Assembly: GCA_951406725.2 (NCBI GenBank)
Contig: OX597819.1
Location: 2,914,001 to 2,978,000 of the forward strand
Direction of reading: 5' to 3'
Length of the DNA stretch: 64,000 bases
Source of the DNA: Octopus vulgaris
Taxonomy: Eukaryota
Under the pieces are notes generated by a model. That model had not been told where the DNA came from and did not search any database. It saw only the letters and a list, made by a program, of their open reading frames with translations. A program made the position numbers and the translations under genes. Every line of letters begins with the position of its first letter. Positions within the stretch are counted from its first letter, which is position 1. Positions 1 through 11,790 of the stretch are shown here, one piece after another.

Positions 1-394
1 ATGTTGATAGTTATATTAGTATATTTAAGTTAACATTAAAAATCAAAGCATATTTAATGTTTAAGTGCCAGTCTCTTTAATGATTGATAATGGACTTGAG
101 TTTAATTTTTCACTGAAAATATTGCAGGGAAAGGGAGGAAGGAGGATATGAAACTGGAGAAGTTGAAGCTGATATAAATATGCCAATAAATACAAAATTT
201 AAGAACAAATGTGGAATTCCACATCTGAATAATTTCAATCTAAAGTCCCCATATATTCATATGTAAAATCAAATTGTGTCCCATTCCCGAAAAAGGCAAT
301 TATCACCCTGTTGCACTCATTTCTAAATATTTCCATGGTAATGGAAACAGCCATTAACAATAATCTTCTGACACCTTATAAGACATTGTCAATG

Positions 395-428
<34 letters not shown>

Positions 429-660
429 ACTCACTCACTCACTCACTCACTCCTCTTTGATTAATCTTAGAGCCAGATCCACTGGTAACCAAGACTCCTC
501 TGTCACAACCACCACCACCCCAAGTGGGCTCTTGCCTTCGATGAATGCAGTGGAAGCAGTGTTACTCTCAACACCAACAAAGCTTTCATCCATGTCTATC
601 ACACAAATCTCCAATCAGAACTTCCTGCCTATGGACTCTACCTGTCTCACAGCTCTTACA

Positions 661-1355
661 TATATATAATTAAAAGAAAATGGAGCATTAATGGTTAATA
701 ATTCATTTATTAACATATTGATAATCATTCCTACAATGTTTTAATTTATACTCAATTGATAAATTACAAATTTATGTAATAAATTTGCATTTTTAAATTC
801 TGAGAAGAATATCATCAGGGAAATATTAGACGTTAAAGAATTACATTGTGAACAATTTATTCTTTCCAACAAAAAGTTTGTTAGAAAGAACAAATTGTTC
901 ACTATATTTCCCTGATAATACTTTGCTCACAACTTAAACATGCAAATTTATTACATAAATTTGCATGTTTATTGAGTATTAATTGAAACAATTGTAAGAA
1001 TGATTATCAATATGTTAATAAATTAATTTCTCTCCTGTGTCCTTATATACATTTACGAAGAGGAGACAAACACCCCCAGGCCTGGCAGCTGGGGGTGTTT
1101 GTCTCCCCTTCGTAAATGTATATAAGTACACAGGAGAGAAATGTGTCAAAGCCATCAGGAGGCGTCGATGCTTCCTAGGGCTGAGCAGCGGTGGTGTAGC
1201 CCCCTACTGTCACGTTCACGTTAGATTGACAGTATACAACCATTCTATCGCCCCACCACCGTGCATGTCTCTATGAGAGATTTGGAAATTTAATATTTCT
1301 GAATAAATTAATTATTCACCATTAACTCGCAATTTTCTTCTATTAATTGAATATA
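661..1355. mobile_element. Foldback/MITE-like element with terminal inverted repeats and two internal long hairpins
   Basis: Imperfect TIRs at ~661-712 and ~1302-1355; hairpin A ~700-1027; hairpin B 1026-1142; TA-rich flanks. Confidence 0.65.
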
Positions 1356-1372
1356 CATTATATGCTTAATAT

Positions 1373-1590
1373 ATTCTTTATTCTTTTACTTGTTTCAGTC
1401 ATTTTGACTGCAGCCATACTGGAGCACCGCCTTTAGTCGAGCAAACTGACCCCAGGAATTTATTCTTTGTAAGCCTAGTATTTATTCTATCGGTATCTTT
1501 TGCCGAACCACTAGGTTACAGGGACAAAAACATACCAGCATCAGTTGCCAAGCGATGTTGGGGGACACACACACACAAACATATACACAC

Positions 1591-1639
<49 letters not shown>

Positions 1640-1798
1640 ACTTCTTTCAGCTTTTGTTTACCAAATCCACTTACAATGCTTTGGTCGGCCGGAGGCTATA
1701 GAAGAAGACACTTGCCCAAGGTGCCACACAGTGGGACTGAACCTGGAACCATGTGACTGGTAAGCGAGCTACTTGCTACACAGTCACTCCTCTGCCTA
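1373..1798 (-). mobile_element. tRNA-derived SINE (family A) with internal (TA)n/(TG)n microsatellite
   Basis: A/B-box-like head (GGTTCAGTCCC), a CCTTGGGCAAGT CORE-like segment and a 3' end ACTGAAACAAGTAAAAGA. Related copies at ~16222-16562, 32690-32860, 38138-43775 (split), 49010-50235 (split) and 50245-50690. Confidence 0.8.
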
Positions 1799-1897
1799 TT
1801 TATTTTAGGGAAATTTTTTTCCAATAATATAAGGTATAAAACCAGTGTTATCTTGGATGTAATCATCCCTTTAAGAGGTTAATATAACCTTACATTA

Positions 1898-1945
<48 letters not shown>

Positions 1946-1965
1946 GGCAAGAATGAATGAGGATA

Positions 1966-2555
1966 GCTGGGATGAAGTGGTGAAGCACAACCTTCAAACA
2001 TTAGGCCTCACCGAGGCAATGACCAGTGACCAAGACTTTTGGAAATATGCTGTGCTTGAGAAGACCAGGCAAACCAAATGAGACCATAACCTTGTGGCCT
2101 ATGCCATGGGTGTAACCAGCCCACTTATACGTACCTTCCCTTCATAGGACACTGCTTGTGAAGACCTGTTGATGCAAGTGAAATCGAAATCAAATTCGAT
2201 GGCTAGTGGAGTGCTGAGAGCACCATCCGAGCATGACCGTTGCCAGAGCAGCTAACTGGCATTTGTGCCGGTGACATGTAAAAAGCACCATTCAAGCGTG
2301 ACTGTTATTAGCATTGCCTTACTGGCACTTGTGCTGGTGTACAGGTGACACGTAAAAAAGTTAAAATGAAAAAAAAACAAGATTTTTTTTGTGGCCATTG
2401 CCAGTACCACCTGACTGGCACGTAAAAGCACCCACTACACTCTTGGAGTGGTTGGCATTAGGAAGGACATCCAGTTGTAGAAACTCTGCCAGATCAAGAT
2501 TGGAGCCTGGTGCAACCCATGCTAGCATGGAAAGCGGACGTTAAATGATGATGAT

Positions 2556-2558
<3 letters not shown>
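1966..2558 (+). mobile_element. RTE-clade LINE 3' fragment
   Basis: Encodes WDEVVKHNLQTLGLTEAMT (same as the C-terminus of ORF 54169..55794), then 3' UTR repeats and a GCATGGAAAGCGGACGTTAAA(TGA)n tail; flanked by (TA)n. Confidence 0.85.
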
Positions 2559-2647
<89 letters not shown>

Positions 2648-2767
2648 AAATGAGATAGGGGTTGTGTTTCTCCATTCTCTAATTTTGTCATATATATATA
2701 TACATACATACATATACATACACACACATACATATGTGTGTGTGTGTATATATGTATATATATATAT

Positions 2768-3072
2768 CACGTGATCACATGACCGACCAGACCATCAGAT
2801 GTTGTTACACATCGCTGGTCACAATGCATTTGCATTGTTTTAGCCTTCGAATGACGCCACCCCGCTGGCTAAGCGAGCAGGCCAACAGAAGAAAGAGTGG
2901 AAGAAAGTTGTGGTGAAAGAGTACAGCAGGGATCACCACCCCCTGCCGGAGCCTTGTGGAGCTTTTAGGTGTTTTCGCTCAATAAACACTCACAACGCCT
3001 GACCTGAGAATCTAAACCGCGACCCTACGACTGCGAGTTCGCTGCCCTAACCACTGGGCCATTGCACCTCCA
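2768..3072 (-). mobile_element. tRNA-derived SINE (family B, tail type 1)
   Basis: Head TGGCCCAGTGGTTAGGGC...GGTTTAGATTCTC; 5' ~190 nt homologous to the 11465-11790 copy; sits between (TA)n runs. Confidence 0.75.
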
Positions 3073-3099
3073 TATATATATATATATATATATATCTAT

Positions 3100-4078
3100 A
3101 CAATATGTTACATTACTCGGTAGTCAAGATAAAACTCTGAGTTTCAGATGCCGAAGTGGAAATCCACAACACCATCTCTTCGGTTATCTGGCTATTTGAA
3201 AACGTTATGAAAAAATACCGTTAAAAATGAAGGGAAATTACTCTGTTATAACTCTGCTTTGCCTGCGTACTTATACATCGCTCGCATTTTTCGTCATAAA
3301 AATTATATAAAAATACATAAAAAATATATAAAAATATATAAAAATATATAAAATCTTCTTGGGACATAACACAGAAAGCATGTTCTATCCGTTTTCTTTA
3401 GGGGACCAAAAACGTAACAGAAATTTAGTCACATGTGGGCATGATCCGAAAAGTTCTGTCCTTGTATTTAGACATGTGGTAGGGTCTAAGCTGCTTTTCC
3501 AGATAAGCCATCTCTCCATGTCGCATAAACCGAACCTTCCGCTGCCGTTAGTATAGGGCTTACATCTGGCCAAAATCTTCCATTGTATGTTATAATCGAC
3601 ACCTTTATCTCTTAAAGACCAAATATGATTGGATAATTGTGTCGCTTTTCTTTTGTTCCAGTGCCTAAAGCTCAAAGTGTGGTTATTGAACCTGGCCTTG
3701 AAATTACCCTCTGTCAGGCCCACGTATTTCTTCGTCAAAACGGTGTCTTTAGTGGTTATAGAGTTTACGGTAGCCTCATATATGATGGTCTTGGACATGC
3801 AAGCTCCATTTAGCGGGCACAATTCTTTATTCCTGCATGAACAGCTGTTTTCTTCTTGTGTTTTTTGTATGTTATGATTGATTATGTTTTTAAAATTGGT
3901 AGTTGAACTAAAACTAATTTTTAAATTGTGTCTATTGAAGAGTTTCCTATAAGCATGGTTAACTGGAAAATGTCTATCTATCAGTGCTAGGAAATATTTA
4001 CCTATATTGAAGGCCACCTCGGGTGAGTAAGGGGGCGTAAACCAGATGACCTTCCTATTTCTATTATTCCTTTTCTTT
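3100..4078 (-). mobile_element. 5'-truncated Penelope-like retroelement (GIY-YIG endonuclease plus pLTR with hammerhead-like motif)
   Basis: Frame reads RKVIWFTPPYSPEVAFNIGKYFL...CSCRNKELCPLNGAC...IIYEA...YVGLT...FKARFNNH (ORF 3385..4017), typical of the PLE linker and GIY-YIG domain. Hammerhead-like motif at 3127-3189. Confidence 0.88.
3127..3189 (-). ncRNA. Degenerate type I hammerhead ribozyme motif in the Penelope pLTR
   Basis: Minus: AGATAA-CCGAAGA-GATG...CATC-T-GAAACTCAGAGTT-TTATCT. Stem I AGATAA/TTATCT, stem III ACTC/GAGT, GUU triplet; core has U4->C (CCGAAGA for CUGANGA). Confidence 0.6.
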
Positions 4079-4140
4079 TTTCAAAAATTTCAATTCCAGC
4101 AGGTCGAAACAAACCCGAGCAACGCCGGGCGATACTACTA

Positions 4141-4176
<36 letters not shown>

Positions 4177-4178
<2 letters not shown>

Positions 4179-4570
4179 TAGTAGTATCGCCCGGCGTTGC
4201 TCGGGTTTGTTTCGACCTGCTGAAATTGAAATTTTTGAAAAGTAAAAATTTTGCATTATGTAGCTTGTTATTCTCTTCAAGTGAACATTTTTCTGGTTGA
4301 AATACACCGAAAAGTGGCGACACAGCAGTCAAAAAATCATAAAAAGTAGGGATTTTCATAGAAAAAAGCAGCTTTTTGATGTAAATAATTTTTGGTGTTA
4401 ACATGGTCCGATTTGAATTTTATCTTCTACGGAAGGAAGAGCAAGCCTTCTTCTATCATACTCTCAATTTTGGTCAACTTGCGCCACAGGGTCTCGGAGG
4501 AGATAGTGTTAGTTGAAGGCTACCAAACCTGCCGCACACAGACAACTTCAGCTTTATATATAGAGAGATA
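4177..4570 (+). mobile_element. Non-autonomous Helitron/Helentron-like (Lep1/DINE-like) element
   Basis: Starts ACTAGTAGTATCGCCCGGCGTTGCTCGGG (subterminal hairpin), ends CTTTATATATAGAGAGAT, inserted in TA-rich microsatellite. Family assignment rests on the terminal pattern only. Confidence 0.55.
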
Positions 4571-4779
4571 ACACACACACATTAATACACATACATACAC
4601 ATACATACACACACACACACACACACATGTATGTATGTATGGATGTATGTATGTATATATGTACATCTGTCCACTTCTTGCCATATTTTTATCCTTCACT
4701 TCCTACACACACACACACACACACACACTCACACACAGACACACACACACACACGCATGCACACATACACACACACACC

Positions 4780-5883
4780 TTCTTAGCTTACAATTTCTTT
4801 CTTTCAACAATTGACAACTGAAGTACGCTCGCCAATTAATACTACCAAAATTTAGCCACAGAAAGTAAATTAAAAACCAATTTACCTTTTCTGTTGAGTT
4901 ATGGCAATTTGACCGTCGGTGTGTGTTTGCAAATGTGTTCGAATGAGAAAGTGAATTGTGTTTGGCGCCTTTTTTACTAATAACAAACACACACGTGTGT
5001 GTTTGAGTGTTTGTATGTAGTTGTTTGAAACATTTGTGTTTGTCACTGTCATATATGTATATGTTTGCGTGTGTATGTGTGTGTGTGAGGAATGGCAAAC
5101 CAGATAGATAGAGCGCGAAGTTCTTTTGAAGTTCGTGCTCCGTTCGTGTGTGTGTGTGCGTGCTTTAGGTGTACGTAGGTATGTGTTTTTGTGTGTGTGT
5201 ATACATATATACATACATAACCTGTCTCTCTTCTTTTCTCTCTCAGTCACACACTACAAAAAGTGAATAAAAATAGTTCAGTTATCTCTGTCTTTCACAC
5301 ATGCACACGCAGCACAACATTACTCTCTCTGTCTCTTTACACACACTAACAAAAGCACTTCACTTACACACCACACTTTCTGTGTCACACACCCCATCAA
5401 ACACACACACACACACACTCACGCACGCACACATGTACATCAATGCTTCCAATGCACACCAACTTCAAAAGAACTTCTCAAAAAACAATGCACGTGTATC
5501 TGTTTCCCCGCTTGCAAAGATAAAGTAGGAGAAAGTGTGGTAATAGACGGAGGAAAGCATTTGAAATGAGAGAGGCAATCGTATATGTATATGTTTGCGT
5601 GTCTATGTGTCTGTACACTTGCAAAGAGAAAGTAGCAGAAAGTGTGGTAATAGAAAGAGTGAAGCATTTGAAATGAGAGAGGCAAATCGTAAAATATTGA
5701 GTTTGATCTAATTTTTGCTTAATTGGGGGTCAAATTGAAAAAAATTTATATGCCATGACCCAATCGAATCTACTTCAAAAAATCATAGGTAAATTCCAAT
5801 TGAAGAAATTGTATATTGTACAATTGTATTAAAAACGAACATGGTAACAGGCAGAGAAAATCTGCCTTTTATCATAAGAGATA
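4780..5883 (+). mobile_element. Helitron-like non-autonomous element with internal microsatellites
   Basis: 3' hairpin AGGCAGA-GAAAA-TCTGCCT followed by TTTATCATAAGAGAT; internal duplication at ~5530-5585 and ~5637-5692. 5' boundary uncertain. Confidence 0.45.
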
Positions 5884-5959
5884 TATATAGATATGTACAT
5901 ATATAAATATATAAATTACATACATACATACATACATGCATGCATATATATCTATATTT

Positions 5960-7520
5960 AAAGCAAATAAGTAACAAGGATGTCAAGGTATTAGTGCATT
6001 ATGGCCGTTTCAGGCAGCTCCATTTAATTGAACATTGCAAATATTACATCAATTTGGAACGCACTGCCATCATCGAATGCATAAGGTCATATACTACTCT
6101 TATAGAAAAGCGGATTAAGTTACTACATATGTGAGCAAATCTTCTAATCATTCCCCAATGTATTAAAATTGGTAGTAAAAGGAATTTCAAGACAAATTAC
6201 ACATTTATCAGCTCATATATATTTAATTCCTGCTCCCACAACTATAACTCTGCTCTTTCTAAGGCAAGATATAATCAGGAGCTTACTTTCCTTAATTCAG
6301 AAAGTCAGATACCTACTAAAATTGATAATGAAAATATAAGGGAAAAGAGGAACAAAATCCCACCTAGTCGAGAAGATAAACCTACTAGGATAGCCTAAAA
6401 TCAACGAATAAGATATATAACAATAAGAAAATGGAATTTATGGTCAGTAGGATGAGTAATATGTATAATAATGGTAGGGATATGATTGAGCTGAATGTGT
6501 CCTCCTCTAATGATAACATAAATACCAATAATGGAGCCATACTTAACAATCAAGCAGAGAGTTCAGGAGGAAATAGAAGAATAGATAGGATCCACTTTCA
6601 TAAACATAAGAAGTCTAGAAAGAATAATGTAGTCTGGTATAATGTTCCCTCTAACTGGGCTATATCTACCAACATATATAATACATTTATGGCAATTTTA
6701 GTATAAAACTTCTCAGCTGCCCATAACTACAATAGAATCTTCTTCCATAAGATAATCAGAATCTCGTATTCTACCCTTCCCAATGCAAATTCTACTATAG
6801 CCCGTTTTAATAGATGAAATATAAAATTAGCATGAGGGATTAATAATAACACTAATGTTGTCAATAATGTTTTAAACCCCTGTAATGATGATAATAATAA
6901 TGGGTATGTAGGAATCCGGAACAACAAAACTAATATATATAATATAAACAATGATACCGCTTTATATAATAACTCAGGCATTATTGACACAATACCTGGT
7001 GATGCTGCAATGAATTTAAGTGATACTATAAATGATAGAAGTAATACTACTATTAACAATAAATAATGGTGATAGTAATAATAATAGTGTTAATAATAAT
7101 AATAATAACAACAATAATACTCCAGGCTGCAATTGTAGGGTAAAATCCTAATGCCCATTATTAGGTCATTGTTTAGCCCAAAATATTGTTTACAAATGCG
7201 CAATTTTGACTGAAATTAGTAACTTTACTTATACAGGGTGTTCAATAAATATGAAAAAAGTGCCTTAATATCCATCTTTCATCATTTAGACTTAGACATA
7301 AAGCTAATAGTACTTGTTTATACTGTAAGATATGAGAACTTAAAGAAAGCAAGAGTAAATTTAGCCTTAAATGGGATATAGTATGGAGAGTGCAACCATA
7401 TAAAGATAGCAGATACAGATGCGAACTTTGTTCTATGGAAATTTATGAGATTTTTAAGTACAGAGACAAGAATAACCTAATTAATAATAGATTAGACCTT
7501 GGGGTATCCTGCATGCATAG
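5960..7520 (+). mobile_element. Decayed Penelope-like element (RT thumb, Asn-rich linker, GIY-YIG)
   Basis: Interrupted frames give KSSNH...VKGISRQI, RKNNVVWYNVP...TNIYNTF, KIIRISYSTLPN and CNCRV...CPLLGHCLAQNIVYKC, paralleling the 3385..4017 ORF. An inverted GAAACGGCCATA (hammerhead 3' half-like) lies at 6000-6011. Confidence 0.75.
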
Positions 7521-8048
7521 CATTACCCACACATTTAAATATTTTGGAATTTGATGGTAGAAATTATCTGGGGTGTCATATCTTTCATATCATACCCTCT
7601 AGTACAGTAAATTATATATTACATATAATATTGCCCTTTTATAACCCCTACCAGTTTAGTCTGCATTCATCCTATATGGTGATTACACTGGTTTTCCTTC
7701 AATTCCAAGACTTTCTGCCCTATCAGTTAAAATAGGGATATTTGTAATGAGTTATCAGATCATACACCTCTCTTAGGTATACTCTGTGCCCCCTAGGAAC
7801 TATATAATTCTACATACAACAGTGTCTGTAATATTATATTTTATAAAACTGCAGGAATACCTTGACCTATCTTTATTATTTATTATTATTTTATTCTTAT
7901 TAGTTTTATTTTTTATTATTATCTTTATTTTGTTATCCTTTATCTCTCCTTATATCTAGTATATATCTTATGGCTTCAGCAATGAAAAAATTTTAACTTT
8001 AAGTTTATTTTTTAACCTTATGTCTATTTTATCATTTTATAAATTATG

Positions 8049-8079
<31 letters not shown>

Positions 8080-8789
8080 CTTGTGTGTGCATAAATATTT
8101 CATTTCATTTTTTGGTGCATTTTATTTATTCTTTTAGTTCATATTATATTATTAAATTTTGTATACCTATTTACCCTGTTATATACTGTTGTAACATTCT
8201 ATGATTTGCGGAAGTACTGTAACTTCTATCTGCAATTAATCATGGGAAGATATAATACAATACAATATTTACATCTATATTTTTTAGTTATTTATAATTA
8301 TAATATATTCATTATTTACACATATATAAATATATACATATTTGTGTGTATTATATATATGTATATATATTCTTATATCCTTACATCTGTTAAGACTTTT
8401 TTATAATGTTGGAATTTTTTTTATATAATTATATTTTTCAAATAAGTTTATTTGTTATAGAACCAATTATTTCATTTTTTGCATTTGATCCCAGGTTTTC
8501 AGTCAATAGAAAATGTATACCCCTTTCTTGGATGAAATCTGAATATAATTTGGGTTCATTGTTTGAATGCTATTATCATGACCACCTTAAATTTTGCTAG
8601 GATGAAGTATTATGAAGTTTCTATCTATATAAAATTAATCTGCTTTTTTAGGTCTTAAATTGGTTTATATATCCTTATCTTACTTGATCCTTATATCCAC
8701 TTCTGAATTTTAAAATTTTACTTTTATTATACAAAATATAATAATATATCATTTTTTTTACTCCTGTACCCTTAACAGACAGACAGAAG

Positions 8790-8945
8790 ACATCAAAATG
8801 AATTCAATCTCTTCTTGGAATTGCTTACCATCCTGCAGCCAATGATATGGTGAAGTGGTTCTACCAGTAACTGAAATCCACTTTTAAAGCTAATCGCAAC
8901 AACAGCAACTGGTTGGAATCCCTACCCCTTATCCTTCTTGGTTGA
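8790..8945 (+). mobile_element. Gypsy integrase fragment
   Basis: Translates AYHPAANDMVKWFYQ*LKSTFK...NWLESLPLILLG, matching the YHPxxNGxVER...LK...W...LP.VLLG integrase core. Confidence 0.65.
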
Positions 8946-10270
8946 GAATCTTGTTTCCAAACCATATGTTTTCAGGCTTAGTCCTACTGTATAGCAAGAA
9001 AGTCTCCTGATATGAAAGCTCAGAATTGACAAGAAGCCAATGAAACTGACAACATAAAATGTCAATTGCCTGCAAATGATATGGCTGTTAAAATGCTGAT
9101 GATGATGATGGCACTGTCATATATAAGTACAACATTGAATTTCTTCAGTTCTAAAGCCATTCTGGATAACTGGTTTTTCCAAACTAGTGGTGGTCACCTT
9201 GGTAACTCAAAATTAGACAAATATTAAATTTACTTAAATGAAATACAGGTACCTCTGCTTTAGTATAAATGATACAAGTTTATTAATATTGTAACATGCA
9301 ATGTACTAGTCTATACAAGGTACCAGTAAACTAGTCTGGTGGCTGTAGGAATTCAAAGTTCCTGCTTGTAAAGTTGGTGTTATATCTGTCTATGTAATGT
9401 GCTCTGAAGCTTCCATCTACCAAATTTACTCACAAGACATTGGTTGGTCAGGTCCCATAGAAGACATTTGACAAACATGACACACAGTGGAATTGAACTC
9501 AAATCATTGGCAGCCAAATGACTTTTGTTAATGTTGTTAGTTTCATTGGCTTCTTGTCAGTTCTGAGCTTTCCCAGCATTTCAGCCCAAAGGAGGACTTT
9601 GACAGAAATTCAAGCTATTTGCAGTAAGTAACGTATCAACATGCTTTTCACTCAGTCTCATTGTCCCGTCAACCACGTTATCAAGACCAGCTCTGTAAGC
9701 AAGATGACTACATTCACATCCATTATAGGCAAAAGATAATAAAAACCAAGTTCACCTATAATTCAGCAGCATCAAGCCATCAATAGAGCAGCAAGGAAGA
9801 CCAGTGGTTGATAGTTATGCAGAGATTATAGAATAATCAATTAAGTTGCCACACCTTTATATTCACGATCTTTCTTTCATATCTAAAGCAGAAGTAAACC
9901 TTTTCTCAATTAATTAAGTCAATACCTATCAGATACTTGTTTACATTAATATTTCAGTTTCAGCAATCACAACATCTCAAAAATTCTATCCTCTTGTCCA
10001 CATGTCATTTGGATTGCTCAATCCAGCACAAAGTTTTGAAGTATTTTTAAAGTTGTGGCTGGTTTTGTGATTTCCATTTAGGCACTCCTGCCTCACTTAT
10101 CTCCCTTTTTTTTCATCGACAATATGTTCACCCTAGTAGTGGCCATGCTCTGACTACTACTACCAGTCATTCTACCCCATAATATCAACCCTGTAGAATC
10201 CATCCTAGCACAATGATTTTCCCTGCAACTATCACCTTGAAAATTTTTAAGTGAAACATTAACCATTTTG

Positions 10271-10684
10271 GGATCTTTTCGCTTTGACTGGCAGTTTTTT
10301 CTAGCAGTGTCATATGAAATTGTCACCCATAATTATGACCCTAGTATCGATCTATTGCATTTCAATCTGTGCTAGGGTTAGGGTGAGGGGTATCTTTTTT
10401 TCTTCAGGAAAGTAAATAAACCCAATCTGTTTCTTAAACGAGGGACAATTTCCTATATCACTGCCAGAAAATGTTTAAGGAGAGAATGTTTTCACCTCAA
10501 TAGACGTCATTGATTGGTTGAAATTGCAGAAATTAAAGAAAATATCTTACAAACTACAGAATTTTCTCAGTAAAGCCAAGAGAAAAAAATGTTTTATAAA
10601 CACATTCAACCAGTATACGAAGTTTAAAAAAACTGCCAGTCAAAAATTTATTTTAAAAAACTGCCAGTCAAAGTGAAAAGATCC
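10271..10684 (+). mobile_element. MITE with GGATC termini, 8-bp TSD and telomere-like repeats (Merlin-like)
   Basis: TIRs GGATCTTTTCGCTTTGACTGGCAGTTTTT / AAAAACTGCCAGTCAAAGTGAAAAGATCC; perfect TSD CCATTTTG at 10263-10270 and 10685-10692; internal TAGGGTTAGGGTGAGGG. Confidence 0.88.
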
Positions 10685-11464
10685 CCATTTTGTTACCATA
10701 ATTCCGATGAAATGCACTGCCTTTATTTGAACTAGATTTTGAAAATAATGAAGAATTTAGTAAAATAAATTGGTCATTAAGTTGATGTTTGGAACATAAG
10801 TTAACATGAAATTTTGATGGAAGGTTTTAATTAAGGTTATTTTAAAACAGGTAATTTGTATCATAGAACCAAGTGCAGTTTCAGGTGGTTTGGTATCAAA
10901 AGGGTTAAGGGTATCAATCTTAATATTCCTTGTGAAGGTCATGGGGATCCATTTCCTTCATACCCCTAACCCTATTAAGATTTTAGGGTGCATCCGTTAA
11001 GTGAGAACAAATAAAATATACAGAAAAAGGAAGCTATTAAAATGGTGGTGGTGGTGGGGGGAATATATTCTGCCCCCCCCCCCCAGGTACACTGGATAAA
11101 CAGATTATTTAATAAAACATCCTTAATCTCAATGCCAGTCTCCAAGCAGCCATTGACAGGATGCCAAGATGAGGTGGTGCTTGTTCATGTTATTTTTAAT
11201 ATCCCTGATAAGTCTTTGGTATTGTAGGGGCTGCTGGTTGATCTACTTGATGATGACCTAGATATAGAAGTTCAGAAAGGTCAACCCAGGAGAGTTAGGA
11301 GGTCATGTGATGACAAAAATTTGCAATCAGTTACTTTTGAGTGGTGTGGGTCATATGGGAGGGAATCCTGCAGGAGCATGCACAGCCACTCCTAGGGAGG
11401 TGAAGGTAGGCACTATGCTTAATGAGCTGGTTTGGGTAACATGATTGACTGGACAGTGAGACTG

Positions 11465-11790
11465 AGTGAAAACAAGATTGATAGATTGTTTGTTTCTCCT
11501 CGAGCTATGCCTGGCTCATAAGGTCCAGTTTCCCGGTTTCCTTGGCATATAGGTTCCCCACCTGGACGAGATGCCAGTCCATCGCAGGTGAGCTGCAAGA
11601 TGCAGGAGGAAAGAGTGAGAGAAAGTTGTGGTGAAAGAGTCAGCAGAAGTTCGCCATTACCTTCCGCCGGAGCCACGTGAAGCTTAGGTGTTTCGCTCAT
11701 AAACACACACATCGCCTGGTCTGAGATTCAAACCTGCGATCCCTCAATCGTGAGTTCGCTGCTCTAACCACTAGGCCATGTGCCTCCACT
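11465..11790 (-). mobile_element. tRNA-derived SINE (family B, tail type 2 with V-domain-like segment)
   Basis: Head TGGCCTAGTGGTTAGAGC...GGTTTGAATCTC; 3' half has CCTGCGATGGACTGGCATCTCGTCCAGG, resembling the V-SINE central domain. Confidence 0.75.

Noticed and set aside
270-640. Possible old CR1/Jockey-like RT fragment (VPIPEKG.NYHPVALIS...KAF)
   Set aside because: Too short and degenerate to call by eye.
2494-2916. ORFs rich in YI/HT/CV dipeptides (also near 4.6-5.5 kb and 22.4-22.7 kb)
   Set aside because: Translations of (TA)n and (CA)n microsatellites, with no splice or domain support.
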